Shown here piece by piece: positions 49,899 to 60,207 of a stretch of 64,000 nucleotides of DNA. The first letter of the stretch is position 1. Every line of letters begins with the position of its first letter. The translations under genes and the position numbers were made by a program. The notes under the pieces were generated by a model that was not told where the DNA came from, did no database searches, and saw only the letters and a program-made list of their open reading frames with translations. This stretch comes from Candidatus Bathyarchaeota archaeon (GTDB taxonomy: Archaea > Thermoproteota > Bathyarchaeia > Bathyarchaeales > Bathycorpusculaceae), in assembly GCA_963770935.1 (NCBI GenBank), contig CAVYRJ010000004.1, positions 32,001 through 96,000 on the forward strand, given 5' to 3'.

Positions 49899-50999
49899 AT
49901 GAAAGATAAAGTTCTAAATATACATTACTATGTTGAATTATCGAGTGCTACTCTTCATGCTAGAGCTCTTCCCTTAGCTCGGTCTTTGAAAAAACACCGA
50001 ATCCACTGTAAAATTGTTTTACCTATAAAATGGTCTTCGATAGCAGGAGGAAAGCTTTGCGAGATTCTATCGATTTTTTTAACTCATAATCCTAAGGATT
50101 ACATTAAAACCCTTCAAATTAGACCTGCAGCAGTAATTATCGGAAGATCATCATCAGTTAACCTTTTTTTGTTCCAGACCCTTCTGAGACTTCGAGGAAT
50201 TAAAGTCATTTTCGACTTAGACGATGCAGTAATTTTGCCTTCAATCTCTTTTTTAGGGGCAAAAGTCAGGAGCCCCGCTTATTTTTGCGCTGAGAAAATG
50301 CTCCAGCATTCTGATTCTGTCATTGTCAACGGAAATTACCTTTTATCTTATTCTAAACGTTTCAACAACAAGGTAACTGTAATTCATGTTCCAGTTGACA
50401 CCGAACTTTTCCACCCAAGAAAAAAATTGTTTTCATCCAAAATAACAATTGGCTGGCAGGGTAATCCTGCAAATCACTATGATAATTTAGCGATGTTAAT
50501 CAAACCATTGGAAACACTGGCTAAGGAACATAATATTAGATTTAAAATGGCATCGTCTATGGGAGACGCTAAAGTCAAACAGATGTTTGAACATTTGGAG
50601 AATCTGATAGAAATAGACTATGGTTCCGATCACTGGCTCTCTCTTAGGCAATTTGCAGAACAATTGTTTGATTTTGATATCATGGTTGCACCGTTGGCAA
50701 CAAACAATTGGAATCAAGGCAAGAGCGCTTTGCGAGTCAGTGCGGGTATGGCTATGGGAATTCCAGTCGTCGCAAGCCCAGTGGGAGAGCAAAAATATGT
50801 TGTCCACCATGGAGTGAATGGGTTTCTGGCAGCTAACGAAATAGAATGGTATAGTTTTCTTAAAGTTTTAGTAGAAAAAGATGAATTGCGATTTGAAATG
50901 GGTAGACATGCTAGAGAAACAAGTGAAAATGAGTTATCTCTAGATATTTCGGGTAAAAGATTGAATTTGATAATCAGGAGTCTGCAAGAGTGCTCTTAG
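49899..50999 (+). CDS. GT4-like glycosyltransferase
   Basis: IFDLDDA, IGWQG, DI..APL, GKSALR...MAMGIPVVASPVG. Confidence 0.85.
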   Translation: MKDKVLNIHYYVELSSATLHARALPLARSLKKHRIHCKIVLPIKWSSIAGGKLCEILSIFLTHNPKDYIKTLQIRPAAVIIGRSSSVNLFLFQTLLRLRGIKVIFDLDDAVILPSISFLGAKVRSPAYFCAEKMLQHSDSVIVNGNYLLSYSKRFNNKVTVIHVPVDTELFHPRKKLFSSKITIGWQGNPANHYDNLAMLIKPLETLAKEHNIRFKMASSMGDAKVKQMFEHLENLIEIDYGSDHWLSLRQFAEQLFDFDIMVAPLATNNWNQGKSALRVSAGMAMGIPVVASPVGEQKYVVHHGVNGFLAANEIEWYSFLKVLVEKDELRFEMGRHARETSENELSLDISGKRLNLIIRSLQECS

Positions 51000-52336
51000 A
51001 TTCAAATTCAAAAGAGATCGTTTCCAGTCAAAATCAAGAATTCAAGGAATTAACACATCAAATTCATCGGAAAAATAAGAAAGTGCTGTTTATTTTTCCT
51101 GAAAGAATTGAATTCATTAAACTTGTCAAATCATTATCGGGAACCCTATTAAAAAATAAGATCTCAATTGTTGTCTTATTGGATGAACATGAAACAAACG
51201 TTCTATTTCAAAATAAAGTAGATGGAGTTGTCTTTAAAGATCTATCCTACTATACATCGAAAAACGCTCTATGTATTCTCAATGAAGAGAAACCCAGTTT
51301 AGTTGTTACCGATAATGATCAAGAGCCGATTCGAGGAGCTTTTGTCATAACAGCGCGAATACTTAACATTCCAATTTTGATTCTGCGCGAAATGGTAATG
51401 GTTTCCAAACCCAAATTTGATCAAATGTTTTTTTTGGTTTTTCGCAAAATAGGTGAACTTCCCCGGTTATTTGCGAAGTACTTTTTCTGTTTTAATTCTA
51501 TTCTTGTTATTAAGCCATCTTATTTTTTTAATTTGTATGAGGTTTTTAAAAGATTTATTTACCATTTATCAAATCCGACCGCTGGTGAATTTGCTGATTA
51601 TATTTTGACTAATACTGATGAGGATGCACGATTGTTAGAGAGATTATTAAGGCGTCCGCGTTTCGTACTTGCAGTTGGTGATCCCCGTTTTGATGATATT
51701 GTGAATGCAACTCTTTTTGAGCGTCAGAAGATTCGGGAAGAAATTAATCGGTCCTTTAAAATTCCTGGCTATAAAAAAATAATCCTTTTTCTCTCAAGTT
51801 CTCAAGTTGAACATGGGATGTGGAGTGTGGAAAAGAAAAAACAGGTTAACACCGAAATCCTTGATTTGTTCTCGAAATTCCAAAATGATGCAGAAATAAT
51901 TATAAAACTTCATCCTGTGGAAAAGAATATATTTCCTCTCATCTGGAAACCAAATTACAGTGAGTTCATTCATGTTACTGATTTTGATGTCTCCAAACTT
52001 ATAATTGGCAGTGATTTAGTTGTTACTTGGGTTTCGACAGCCATGGTTAATGCAGTATTGGCGATGAAACCTTTAGTTGTGATCGATTTCTTCAATGATG
52101 GGGTTACTGGTGGTGTTCTTCTATCTACACAGGCAATTGTAGACAATGGTGCCGCTTTAATGGCTGTTAATAGCTATGATCTATATGATTTTACAAAACT
52201 TATTTTGAATGATAATCATTTTGTAAAGGCACTGCAGAGTAGTCAAGAACTCTTCCATAATACGTATCTGAAAAGGATTGATGGAAAGTCAATAGATAGA
52301 ATCTCTGAAACGATCATAAATATAATTGGTTGTTGA
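50990..52336 (+). CDS. GT-B protein (CDP-glycerol/KpsS-like), candidate nonulosonate transferase
   Basis: VGDPRFD, IIKLHP.E, SDLVVT..ST...A....KP.V, DG.S..RI. Confidence 0.6.
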   Translation: MLLDSNSKEIVSSQNQEFKELTHQIHRKNKKVLFIFPERIEFIKLVKSLSGTLLKNKISIVVLLDEHETNVLFQNKVDGVVFKDLSYYTSKNALCILNEEKPSLVVTDNDQEPIRGAFVITARILNIPILILREMVMVSKPKFDQMFFLVFRKIGELPRLFAKYFFCFNSILVIKPSYFFNLYEVFKRFIYHLSNPTAGEFADYILTNTDEDARLLERLLRRPRFVLAVGDPRFDDIVNATLFERQKIREEINRSFKIPGYKKIILFLSSSQVEHGMWSVEKKKQVNTEILDLFSKFQNDAEIIIKLHPVEKNIFPLIWKPNYSEFIHVTDFDVSKLIIGSDLVVTWVSTAMVNAVLAMKPLVVIDFFNDGVTGGVLLSTQAIVDNGAALMAVNSYDLYDFTKLILNDNHFVKALQSSQELFHNTYLKRIDGKSIDRISETIINIIGC

Positions 52337-52388
52337 CATGGATAGCATTTTGGCAGGGCATTATATCTTTAAGTAGTAAAGTTCATTT

Positions 52389-55300
52389 ATGAACGCCATG
52401 AATTCTTACAAGAATCTGCTCAGGAATATAGATGTCTTAGCAGTTATCTTGGCAATTGCAGGGTGGGTTATCCTCATTTCTGATAATCCTCTGTCAGTTT
52501 ATATGGGTATGATCATTGGGGTAGCAGCAGGCTTAGTCTACTATTTTATCAAAACCAAACAGGGAAAAATAATCAAAATTCCAGTAATTCCTTCATTTAT
52601 TTCCTCAATTATCTTAATTATACTATTTTTTGTCTTTATATTTACACTCTTCACTCAGGAAACAGGCCTAATTGCTCTTAATTGGTTTGTCATACAAACG
52701 TCAGATTGGATAAGTTTCATCGTGACAAACGCTTTCTTGACTTTCATACCAGGATTTATCATATTGAATGCAATCGATCGGGAAAGCAAAATTTCCACAA
52801 TGCCGCGCATAGTAATTTCTGTACTTTTAAGTATATTCTTAAGTTCCCAATTGATTTATGTTGCCAAACAAATTACCCTTGATAGTTTTTCAACAAATAT
52901 TCTATTTATCACCGTTAATTTTGCACTTATAGCAATCTTCCTCAGGATAAAATTAAAGAAGCAAACTCCGATTCGACAAAAATACAAAGAAATAAACGTC
53001 AATTTAATGTTGGCTATTGTCTTTCTTATTATTCTTTCGGCAATTCTTGTTTATCTTCAACAATTTGTTTATGAAGCATTTGTAAGGGGCGATAACTGGA
53101 ATTATTTGGCTACGTCGAATTACATCGATAAAGGCGCATCTTCTTTGACGCCCGTTGGCAAGTTCTATAGTATAAAGTCACTATCGATTTATGAACTTTA
53201 CAATTTAGGATTATTCAGTCTATCTGGTTTTCCTGCAGTCAATTCGATGATGATAACTAGCATTGTTATTGCATCTTTGATACCTGTTGCTTTTTTTGTA
53301 ATGAGCTCACAGTATTTGAGAAGTAAGAAAATTACCCTTCTATCAACCCTAGTTTATATCGCGATTTCAGGCTTTGGCTGGATACCTTTCATTAGTCAGA
53401 AAATAGGTTTAGGTATACAGCATTATAATCCTCAGGAATTGTTTACGATTTTAGCTGGTATTGCACCTCAAGTCCTTAATGATATTTCTCAACCTCAAGG
53501 TAGCATTCCTGAAGGTTTCAAGACTTATGTTCTAGCTCTTATTTCAATCATGATGTTGCTATTTTTAATTAAGAGTCAACTATCTACAAAATCAAGAGTT
53601 TTTTTGATTGCGGTATTAACTGCTTTTGCTTTCTTGGCTCACATAGAGACAACTTTGGCGTTCTTTTTCGCATTTTTACCTGCTTATGTTCTCTTAAGTA
53701 AAAAGAAATTGCGTATTGTAAGAGAGAATATTGTGGCTCTTGCGCTGGGTATTCTACTTACGTTTGTAATAGGTTTGTCATCTCTGACTACGCTGATAAT
53801 TCCTTTTGAACTTAACTATCTGTTAGTTGCTTTTGTTCTTGGCGCGCTCCTAATCTATACCTATCTCAAACAGTATTTGAAATTAAAGCTTCCAAATTTC
53901 ACAAATATTTATGAGTTTTTTAAAAAGTCAGCATTGCTATTGATCTGTTATTTCTATTTCCTTTCACTTATCGTTCTCATTTCGTATGGTTTCTCACATA
54001 TGTATTATGGTGACTCTGTAGTATACTTAGGATTTACCTTCCCCTGGTATTATTATCCTTTAAGTTTTGGTATTGCTGGAGCTCTTTCTTTATTAGGCCT
54101 ATCTATTAAGTTTGAAAAATACAAGTCCTTATCCTTTTTTGTACTTGCCGCAGTGTTAACTATCGTTTTGGGCATTGCAGTATCATATCTGAATCTCAAT
54201 TTTTTTAATACAGGCACGAAGGAGTGGCGTTTAATATACAGAATTCTGCCGATAGCCACTTCTATTTTTGGTGGTTGGGCGCTATTCAAGTTAATGGTTA
54301 TTTTTAAGAAAATTGACTTTCATGTAATTTATCGAGCGGCAAGAACTGAAAACTGTCACCGAATTAGGTTGCGGCGTCTCTCTTTTGTTTTATTTTTATC
54401 TGTAATTATCCTTGGGGTTCCTAGCACAATTATTTCTTCAGAGTACTGGATGACTTCAAATATAACTCCTTTCGGTTCGGCTTATGCAACTATTGAAAAC
54501 CTTGAATTAGCTAACTTCGTTAACCAAAATGTTCCCATTACTTCACGAGTGGCTACCACAGGTGATATGTCAAATGCTATAATAAAACTGGCAGGGGGCA
54601 CAACGGCTATACCTTCAATATATCCTGACTTTCTACTTTCCTCCCGTCCTGAAACAATAGCTTTCCTTTCTTCCGATGTAGGGTTTGTTTGCATAGATAA
54701 GGAGATTGCTGAGCCTTCTGTGAACCGCGACTTCATAAGCTATCTCCCCATAGTGCTTGATAACGCTCGTTTCTCAGTCTATAGTTTACCATACTTAGAG
54801 TCGCCGTCTCAATCCAGTTTAGGGTACTTAGCTCCATTGCAGTATAGTAATGACACTCTTCTATCATACCTACTTATTTCATCTTTGAACTCCTCTTATC
54901 AACTGGTAAATGACGATTTTTATAAAAAATCAATAGTAATAACGCCATCCGATCTCGAAATAAATGAACAAAGTGCTTACAATGTCAATAGTTCTGATTT
55001 GCTTGATTGGGTACGTGACGGAGGCACATTTATAGTAATGGGTGGGCAAGGTGCCATGTTTAACTCGCTTGGCTTGTTTTTTGGGGGCATAAATTATCAT
55101 GCAAACTCTACAGCCAACGGTATTAGTATCACCTCTACAACATATCCCATTAAAACACTTAACCTTAAGCCACTTAATTATCGCGTTGATGCTGATGTTC
55201 ACGTCTTGAGTTATTATTCGCTGAACGGTAGCAAGGTATCTCCTTTCATAACTGAAAAAAGGATCGGAAACGGAACTATCTTTTATGTTTACATTGATCC

Positions 55301-56150
55301 TATCTATCAAGCGATAGAAACAGGAAACAATGGCTGGATCGCAAATTATGAATTAGTCACAATTGTCAAAAATGCCCTTGAAAAAGGTGGTATTCATTTT
55401 CCTGAGAGTTATGGAGGGCTATCCAGAGATCCGTTGGAAAATAGGTGGATAGGCAAATACGATACGTACGGAACGAACGATTTCTTGGCAGAGGGTAACA
55501 TAACAACTATTGCAAATGTCTCAGGTTCGCATCTAATAGCGCAACCAATTCGAGCAGAAAAATTGTTTATTAATGATGTGCGGCAGATCACAATTAATAA
55601 TACAAAAATCAATTCGATCAGAATTTCGGGTTCTGTCAGTTTAGAAGTGAAATCTAACATATGCAATTTAACTGGTTTAGACGGTAATGCTATTCCCTCT
55701 TATGTTCCACTTAAGTATGAAAATAGCTCTATTAGAATGACCGTTGGCAATGGCTCTAAAATTGAAATCTATACTGCGAAAGGGAATTATTCGATTAATG
55801 ATGGTTCAATATTGATTGAAACAAACTCGGCAGGACTTGTTTTATTAAAACCTCAGATTATTGTTGATGGCGCAATTACTTTTTCACAGATTTCACTACC
55901 TTCTGATTCTTCTGCTTGGAATTTTAACGTACGACTTGTCGGAAATCTGAACTTTAGAATTGGCTATAGTGATGGCACCTATATGTTCATGGACGAGTTC
56001 GTGGGTGAATACGATAGGATTGTTCAAAATGATGCTATCGTCGATGTGATCCCTTGGACAGCTATTCTTTTCTCATTGCCTAACATCTTTCTAGTAATAG
56101 GCATAATCTTTTTAGGGGCTTTAACATTCAGGAAGTGGAAAAACACATGA
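52389..56150 (+). CDS. 1253-aa polytopic membrane protein with large extracellular domain (GT-C-like)
   Basis: About 20 hydrophobic segments in the first ~680 aa, RGD.W.Y loop, beta-rich C-terminal region and final TM. Confidence 0.7.
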   Translation: MNAMNSYKNLLRNIDVLAVILAIAGWVILISDNPLSVYMGMIIGVAAGLVYYFIKTKQGKIIKIPVIPSFISSIILIILFFVFIFTLFTQETGLIALNWFVIQTSDWISFIVTNAFLTFIPGFIILNAIDRESKISTMPRIVISVLLSIFLSSQLIYVAKQITLDSFSTNILFITVNFALIAIFLRIKLKKQTPIRQKYKEINVNLMLAIVFLIILSAILVYLQQFVYEAFVRGDNWNYLATSNYIDKGASSLTPVGKFYSIKSLSIYELYNLGLFSLSGFPAVNSMMITSIVIASLIPVAFFVMSSQYLRSKKITLLSTLVYIAISGFGWIPFISQKIGLGIQHYNPQELFTILAGIAPQVLNDISQPQGSIPEGFKTYVLALISIMMLLFLIKSQLSTKSRVFLIAVLTAFAFLAHIETTLAFFFAFLPAYVLLSKKKLRIVRENIVALALGILLTFVIGLSSLTTLIIPFELNYLLVAFVLGALLIYTYLKQYLKLKLPNFTNIYEFFKKSALLLICYFYFLSLIVLISYGFSHMYYGDSVVYLGFTFPWYYYPLSFGIAGALSLLGLSIKFEKYKSLSFFVLAAVLTIVLGIAVSYLNLNFFNTGTKEWRLIYRILPIATSIFGGWALFKLMVIFKKIDFHVIYRAARTENCHRIRLRRLSFVLFLSVIILGVPSTIISSEYWMTSNITPFGSAYATIENLELANFVNQNVPITSRVATTGDMSNAIIKLAGGTTAIPSIYPDFLLSSRPETIAFLSSDVGFVCIDKEIAEPSVNRDFISYLPIVLDNARFSVYSLPYLESPSQSSLGYLAPLQYSNDTLLSYLLISSLNSSYQLVNDDFYKKSIVITPSDLEINEQSAYNVNSSDLLDWVRDGGTFIVMGGQGAMFNSLGLFFGGINYHANSTANGISITSTTYPIKTLNLKPLNYRVDADVHVLSYYSLNGSKVSPFITEKRIGNGTIFYVYIDPIYQAIETGNNGWIANYELVTIVKNALEKGGIHFPESYGGLSRDPLENRWIGKYDTYGTNDFLAEGNITTIANVSGSHLIAQPIRAEKLFINDVRQITINNTKINSIRISGSVSLEVKSNICNLTGLDGNAIPSYVPLKYENSSIRMTVGNGSKIEIYTAKGNYSINDGSILIETNSAGLVLLKPQIIVDGAITFSQISLPSDSSAWNFNVRLVGNLNFRIGYSDGTYMFMDEFVGEYDRIVQNDAIVDVIPWTAILFSLPNIFLVIGIIFLGALTFRKWKNT

Positions 56151-57133
56151 TATCCCTCACAAAAGAATTGATTAAAGAAAACGGTTCCGATGGGGTATTG
56201 TCCTTTGCTCAAAGGTTCTCACTTCAGTTAATGGAAGAATATTATAATTTCAGAAAAGGCGCCGTTAGGGTTACAGATGAAGTCTGGAGAAAAATTAATT
56301 TTAGTGCATTGAATTTGCACTCCGATTCTGAGTCAAGGTTACTTTTAAACCCGGTTGATGAAGGTTTTTCAAAAGAATTTTGTCTTTATGGCTTTAGGGA
56401 ACCATTAAATACTTTTGCCATTTTTAATAAGATTAAACGGAAAAAGCCTTTCGTTCTTGATATTGGGAGCAATCTTGGGTATTTTCCATTGGTTGAACTC
56501 CAGGCCGGCGCTAAACATGTTATAGCTGTCGAACCTGTTCCTTTGACTTTTTCTTTCCTATCAAAAACTCTTGAAAAATACGGTAATGCAACTTCTCTCA
56601 ATATTGCGATGTCCGATAAAGAGGAAATGCTAAAACTCTATGTGGCCAAAAAATTTAACGTCACTTCCTCTCAAGCTGAGTTGTTAAAAGATGGGGGGCA
56701 TGAGATTTTTAAGGAGATTACTGTTCATGCATTACCTCTCTCTAATTTAGCTGAAAAGTTTCCTATAGATTTGATCAGGCTAGATTTGGAAGGGCATGAA
56801 TATTTTATGCTTGGTAGCGATATCCCTGAACGAATTAACACTATTTGTATGGAGCTTCATGTTATTCCTCCGTTCGGAAGAGATCATGTTAGACAACTTT
56901 TTAAGAATTTTAAAAAACATGGTTTTAGGCTTTCGTTGGTCATTGATGAAATGCCACGTGGCTTTTATCCGCTTGTTAGCAACTTCGGGTTGGAAGCGAC
57001 CTATAAGTTGATTAATAGTTTTAAAAGAAAGAATTTAAGCGGTATTAGTTACGAGTTGGATGTTGACTTTGATTCTCTTGCGAATAATATTAACAGAGGC
57101 ATAATTCATCTCATATTGGAAAAAGGTTCCTAA
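56147..57133 (+). CDS. FkbM-family methyltransferase
   Basis: LDIGSNLGYF, VIAVEP, IDLIRLDLEGHE, I.MELH; ATGA-coupled to the previous gene. Confidence 0.85.
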   Translation: MISLTKELIKENGSDGVLSFAQRFSLQLMEEYYNFRKGAVRVTDEVWRKINFSALNLHSDSESRLLLNPVDEGFSKEFCLYGFREPLNTFAIFNKIKRKKPFVLDIGSNLGYFPLVELQAGAKHVIAVEPVPLTFSFLSKTLEKYGNATSLNIAMSDKEEMLKLYVAKKFNVTSSQAELLKDGGHEIFKEITVHALPLSNLAEKFPIDLIRLDLEGHEYFMLGSDIPERINTICMELHVIPPFGRDHVRQLFKNFKKHGFRLSLVIDEMPRGFYPLVSNFGLEATYKLINSFKRKNLSGISYELDVDFDSLANNINRGIIHLILEKGS

Positions 57134-57241
57134 TTAAGTCTCTGACTGAGTTAAAATTGTCGTTTGTATGAAATGGGGAAAGGCTTTTAAGACGCCCGTT
57201 TAGTATTTATCCAAATAATAATACAATCGGGGGAAAAATAA

Positions 57242-58435
57242 GTGAAATATTGTACTAAATGTTTAATGCCAGATACTCGTCCTCACACGATCATGACTAA
57301 AGAAGGACTATGTCAAGCATGTTTGAACCAGGAAGAGAAGAAAAAGGTTGACTGGTCAAAAAGATGGGTAGAACTAAAGGCTTTATGTGATAAATACCGG
57401 AGGAAAGACGGGTATTACGATTGTGTTATTCCCGTTAGTGGAGGAAAAGATAGTCACTATTTAGTTTATATTATGAAGGAAAAAATGGGAATGAATCCGC
57501 TTCTAATAACCGTGGCAGATCCATTTACAAAAACTATTACAGGCCAAAAAAACTTTGCAAATTTGGGATCTGCTTTTAATTGTGACATGATACTTTTCAA
57601 TTTGAGCATTGATCTTTTTAGAAGAGTAACTAAGATCGGTTTCGAGGAACTTGGTGAACCATTGCGTTTTGTTGAAGCAGCAATTTATACTGCTCCTTAC
57701 AAAATTGCAGTGTCTATGAATATACCTCTAATTGTTTTTGGCGAAAACGCAGCTTTTGAGTATGGAACAACAGATAAAGAAGACTATAGCGCCAAAAAAT
57801 ATATAGCGGCAGGACACAGCGCTGCAGCAGAAAAACTTGGCAAAGAAATTTGTGATTTCTGGTTAACCCGTGGAATTTCCAAAGCTGAAATGAATGCCAT
57901 TATTCCCCCAACTCAAGCTGAGGTTGATAGAGTAAAGCCTGAGCCTATCTTTATGAGTTATTTCACACCCTGGGATGATGAGAGAAATTATCAGATAGCG
58001 AAACGTTATGGATTCATAGATTTAGTTCATGAATGGCGAAGAGAAGGAAATGTTGAAGACTATGGTCAGATAGACTCAATTTCTTACATTGTTCATCTTT
58101 GGATGAAATATCCAAAGTTTGGTTTTGGCCGAGCTACTGATATAACCTGTAGATGGATTAGGGGCGGCAAGATAACAAGGGCAGAAGCGATAAAGCTTGT
58201 AATGAAATACGATCATAGGTTGGATAAGTTAGCAATGCAGGACTTTATTAATTTCATGGGTTATCAGCCAAGACAATTTTGGGACATTGTTGAAAAGTTC
58301 TGGAACAAAGAAATATTTGAAAATGTTGATGGAACGTGGATACTGAAAAATCCTTTGTGGAAGTTAGAAAATCCAACAAGTTATGTCTCTCTTCCACCCT
58401 TCGTAGACGTCAAGGAAAAAGAATCAAGTAAATAA
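57242..58435 (+). CDS. N-acetyl sugar amidotransferase (PseA/WbuX-like)
   Basis: C.KC.MP.TRP, G.C.AC, YDC.IPVSGGKDS, GEN...EYG, KYPKFGFGRAT, IR.G.ITR.EA. Confidence 0.9.
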   Translation: MKYCTKCLMPDTRPHTIMTKEGLCQACLNQEEKKKVDWSKRWVELKALCDKYRRKDGYYDCVIPVSGGKDSHYLVYIMKEKMGMNPLLITVADPFTKTITGQKNFANLGSAFNCDMILFNLSIDLFRRVTKIGFEELGEPLRFVEAAIYTAPYKIAVSMNIPLIVFGENAAFEYGTTDKEDYSAKKYIAAGHSAAAEKLGKEICDFWLTRGISKAEMNAIIPPTQAEVDRVKPEPIFMSYFTPWDDERNYQIAKRYGFIDLVHEWRREGNVEDYGQIDSISYIVHLWMKYPKFGFGRATDITCRWIRGGKITRAEAIKLVMKYDHRLDKLAMQDFINFMGYQPRQFWDIVEKFWNKEIFENVDGTWILKNPLWKLENPTSYVSLPPFVDVKEKESSK

Positions 58436-58541
58436 CATAATCAACATTTTCTATCTTTTCTTTTTTTGCTTTAAATTCTGCATTTTTATGGAATAATTAA
58501 AATACTTACGGTTTGTATAAGGTGCCCATTGGGTCTTTGCT

Positions 58542-59132
58542 ATGAAAGAAGAGAAAATAAAGCTATGGGGCTCTGATTTTGGTGTTGATTATACAAATAG
58601 AAATGTTATAGATCCTGAGACCCGAGTTAACGCTTTTAGATCTATGGTTGGCGATCTTAAAATTAATAAGATTTTAGAAGTTGGCAGTAATGTTGGTCAT
58701 AATCTTGTAGCTCTCTCAAGAATTGGTGATTATCAATTGATTGGGTTAGAGCCATCGAAGTATGCGGTGTTGCATGGTAGATTAGATAATAAATTGGCAA
58801 TCCTTGAGGGAAATATATTCGATATACCTTTCAAAGATGGATATTTTGATTTGGTTTTTACGAGCGGCGTTTTGATTCATATCAGTTTAGAAGATCTGCC
58901 AAAAGCAATTGATGAATTGTATCGTGTATCTAGTAAGTACTTGTTAGTAATTGAGTATTATGCGCAAGAAGAGACAGTGATACCTTATCATGGGCATAAT
59001 GATGTGCTCTGGAAAAGAGATTTTAAGAAACATTTTGAGGAGCGTTATCCACAATTAAAAATTGTTAAATCGGGGTATTGGGATAAGGCTGATGGATTTG
59101 ATAGAACGCATTGGTGGCTATTTGAGAAATAG
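58542..59132 (+). CDS. Pseudaminic-acid-associated methyltransferase
   Basis: WG.DFG.DYT.RN, LEVG.NVG.NL, FTSGVLIHI, Y.GH...L.KRDF, D..HWWLFEK. Confidence 0.88.
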   Translation: MKEEKIKLWGSDFGVDYTNRNVIDPETRVNAFRSMVGDLKINKILEVGSNVGHNLVALSRIGDYQLIGLEPSKYAVLHGRLDNKLAILEGNIFDIPFKDGYFDLVFTSGVLIHISLEDLPKAIDELYRVSSKYLLVIEYYAQEETVIPYHGHNDVLWKRDFKKHFEERYPQLKIVKSGYWDKADGFDRTHWWLFEK

Positions 59133-59218
59133 GTTGTTGCATATGCCTAAAATGATCGATTAAAATGACAGAAGATTTGCATACAATGTGTAGTCTTTGG
59201 TTTGGGAAGGTAATGTAG

Positions 59219-60187
59219 GTGTTTTGGGAAAATAAGGTTGTGATGGTAACTGGCGGTACCGGTTCGTTTGGGAAAATGTTCATTAAGGTTATGCTTCGTG
59301 ACTTTCATCCAAAAAAATTGATAGTTTTTAGTAGAGATGAATTAAAACAACATGAAATGCAAACCTGTGGATACGATGACCCTGCATTACGTTTCTTCAT
59401 CGGTGATGTAAGGGACGCTTCGCGTTTGAATCGAGCTATGAATGACGTAGATGTAGTTATTCATGCGGCTGCTCTAAAACAAGTTCCTGCTTGTGAATAC
59501 AACCCTATAGAAGCTGTAATGACAAATGTTATGGGTGCAAGAAATGTAATTGATGCCGCCCTAGATGCAGAGGTGGAGAGAGTTATCGGTCTCAGTACAG
59601 ATAAAGCCGTAAATCCAGTCAACCTATATGGAGCTACTAAACTAGTAGCTGAGAAGCTTTTTGTTCAAGCAAACTCATATAGCGGAGAAAAACCCACCCG
59701 ATTTGCCTGCGTTCGATATGGCAATGTCGTAGGAAGCAGGGGCAGCGTTATTCCACTTTTTGCTCAACAACGAAACAATGGAAGTGTCACTGTTACTGAT
59801 GCTCGTATGACACGTTTCTGGATTGACTTGGAACAAGGGGTAAAGTTTGTCATTAATTGTATTGAAAAAATGAACGGCGGTGAAGTTTTCATTCCTAAAA
59901 TCCCCAGTATGAATATAATGGACCTAGTTGAAGCTATAGCGCCAAAATGTGACGTCAAATTTATTGGGATTCGACCTGGAGAAAAGCTTCATGAGACTTT
60001 GTTAGGCGAAGATGAGTCATGGCATACCGTGGAATTAGACGATATGTATGTTATTGAGCCTCTTCATGCGTGGTGGAACGCAAAAAACTGGTCAAACGGT
60101 GAAAAACTACCTGAAGGTTTTCGATATTCAAGTAATACTAACATAGAAAAACTATCTGTCGAAGACTTAAGAAAGCTAGCTAAATAA
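59219..60187 (+). CDS. pseB: UDP-GlcNAc 4,6-dehydratase (inverting)
   Basis: TGGTGSFG, SRDELKQ.EM, HAAALKQVP.CEYNP.E, STDKAVNP.NLYGATK, RYGNV.GSRGSV. Confidence 0.93.
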   Translation: MFWENKVVMVTGGTGSFGKMFIKVMLRDFHPKKLIVFSRDELKQHEMQTCGYDDPALRFFIGDVRDASRLNRAMNDVDVVIHAAALKQVPACEYNPIEAVMTNVMGARNVIDAALDAEVERVIGLSTDKAVNPVNLYGATKLVAEKLFVQANSYSGEKPTRFACVRYGNVVGSRGSVIPLFAQQRNNGSVTVTDARMTRFWIDLEQGVKFVINCIEKMNGGEVFIPKIPSMNIMDLVEAIAPKCDVKFIGIRPGEKLHETLLGEDESWHTVELDDMYVIEPLHAWWNAKNWSNGEKLPEGFRYSSNTNIEKLSVEDLRKLAK

Positions 60188-60207
60188 CATTTACTTGGGA
60201 GGTCATA

